DNA of 63,156 bases, from the IMG/VR virus record IMGVR_UViG_3300032236_000575, positions 1 through 63,156 of that record; one strand, written 5' to 3'. Of this stretch, positions 62,707 through 63,156 are shown piece by piece. The notes under the pieces are model-generated. The model did not search any database. It worked only from the letters and a program-made list of their open reading frames with translations, and was not told the DNA's origin. Position 1 is the stretch's first letter. Every line of letters starts with the position of its first letter. The position numbers and the translations under genes are program-made. This stretch comes from a virus (taxonomy: Duplodnaviria > Caudoviricetes).

Positions 62707-63156
62707 TAAGTGTGTCCTCTACAGTTGCAATGATCGGCTCGTTCTTAGTAACGAAAACCGCTGCGCCAGTGAGGAAAGCGATCACAGCACCAATCGCATT
62801 GTCCCAACCGGCAGGAAGGTGACCACCGAGCATCGACTGCGAAGTCGCCAAGAATGTCGCAAGTCCGCCGCACAGCGCGACGATCGACTTCGCGTACTCG
62901 ACTGGCCTCATGTGCAGAGGGCTGCGAAGACGAGTACCCGAAACAGGCTGCACCGCAACACCTCCCGGCACCGCAGAAGCCGACACCGCAGCCAACGTCA
63001 CCGGCTTCGTGTTGTAGACGGCGTTCACCCTGTCGAGGACGGCCTGAGCCAACTTGATGTCGGCAGCCCTGTCGGGACTCTGCTTCGGATCAGCAGCCGC
63101 GATCTCTTTCAACAGCGTGTACGCGGCCTCGTCGCCACGGCTGGCAGCCCACTCCA
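62693..63156 (-). CDS. Lysin A 3' part ending in a holin-like two-TM domain
   Basis: In frame with 1-1384; YAKSIVALCGGLATFLAT...AIGAVIAFLTGAAVFVTKN. Confidence 0.85.
   Translation of the reverse strand, partial: EWAASRGDEAAYTLLKEIAAADPKQSPDRAADIKLAQAVLDRVNAVYNTKPVTLAAVSASAVPGGVAVQPVSGTRLRSPLHMRPVEYAKSIVALCGGLATFLATSQSMLGGHLPAGWDNAIGAVIAFLTGAAVFVTKNEPIIATVEDTLNGNS
63034..63156. repeat. Terminal direct repeat, identical to 1-123
   Basis: Exact match. Confidence 0.95.

Noticed and set aside
1-63156. Diversity-generating retroelement, retron or IS element
   Set aside because: No reverse transcriptase or transposase motifs and no TR/VR pair seen

Overview
The window is one complete temperate siphovirus genome, most likely infecting Mycobacteriales. 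Bases 1-123 are repeated exactly at 63034-63156, so the unit circle is 63,033 bp. Nearly all real genes are on the minus strand. In coding order they are: putative cos region, terminase, portal, a 1488-aa polyvalent head protein, scaffold, capsid, head-tail genes, tail, lysis cassette (lysin A reading in frame into a holin-like domain across the contig junction, then lysin B), DnaQ-like exonuclease, a structured non-coding region, a 13-gene putative early operon, an attP matching the tmRNA (ssrA) 3' end, tyrosine integrase, excisionase, an 80-nt tmRNA mimic with only the tRNA-like domain, WhiB, Cas4-like exonuclease, primase-helicase with an iteron origin, EndoVII, two glycosyltransferases and HNH. 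The most striking unexplained structure is a candidate RNA-based control circuit. Eleven early genes share the same extended RBS (ATGATTGGAGATC or close variants), and ten conserved covarying hairpins separate them. The one clear rightward promoter, next to attP, would make a ~75-nt stem-closed RNA that shows the complement of that RBS in a 7-nt loop and also matches the int-xis leader at two sites. No canonical repressor gene lies beside the integrase. All family calls are from motif recognition by eye; no database search or folding program was run.
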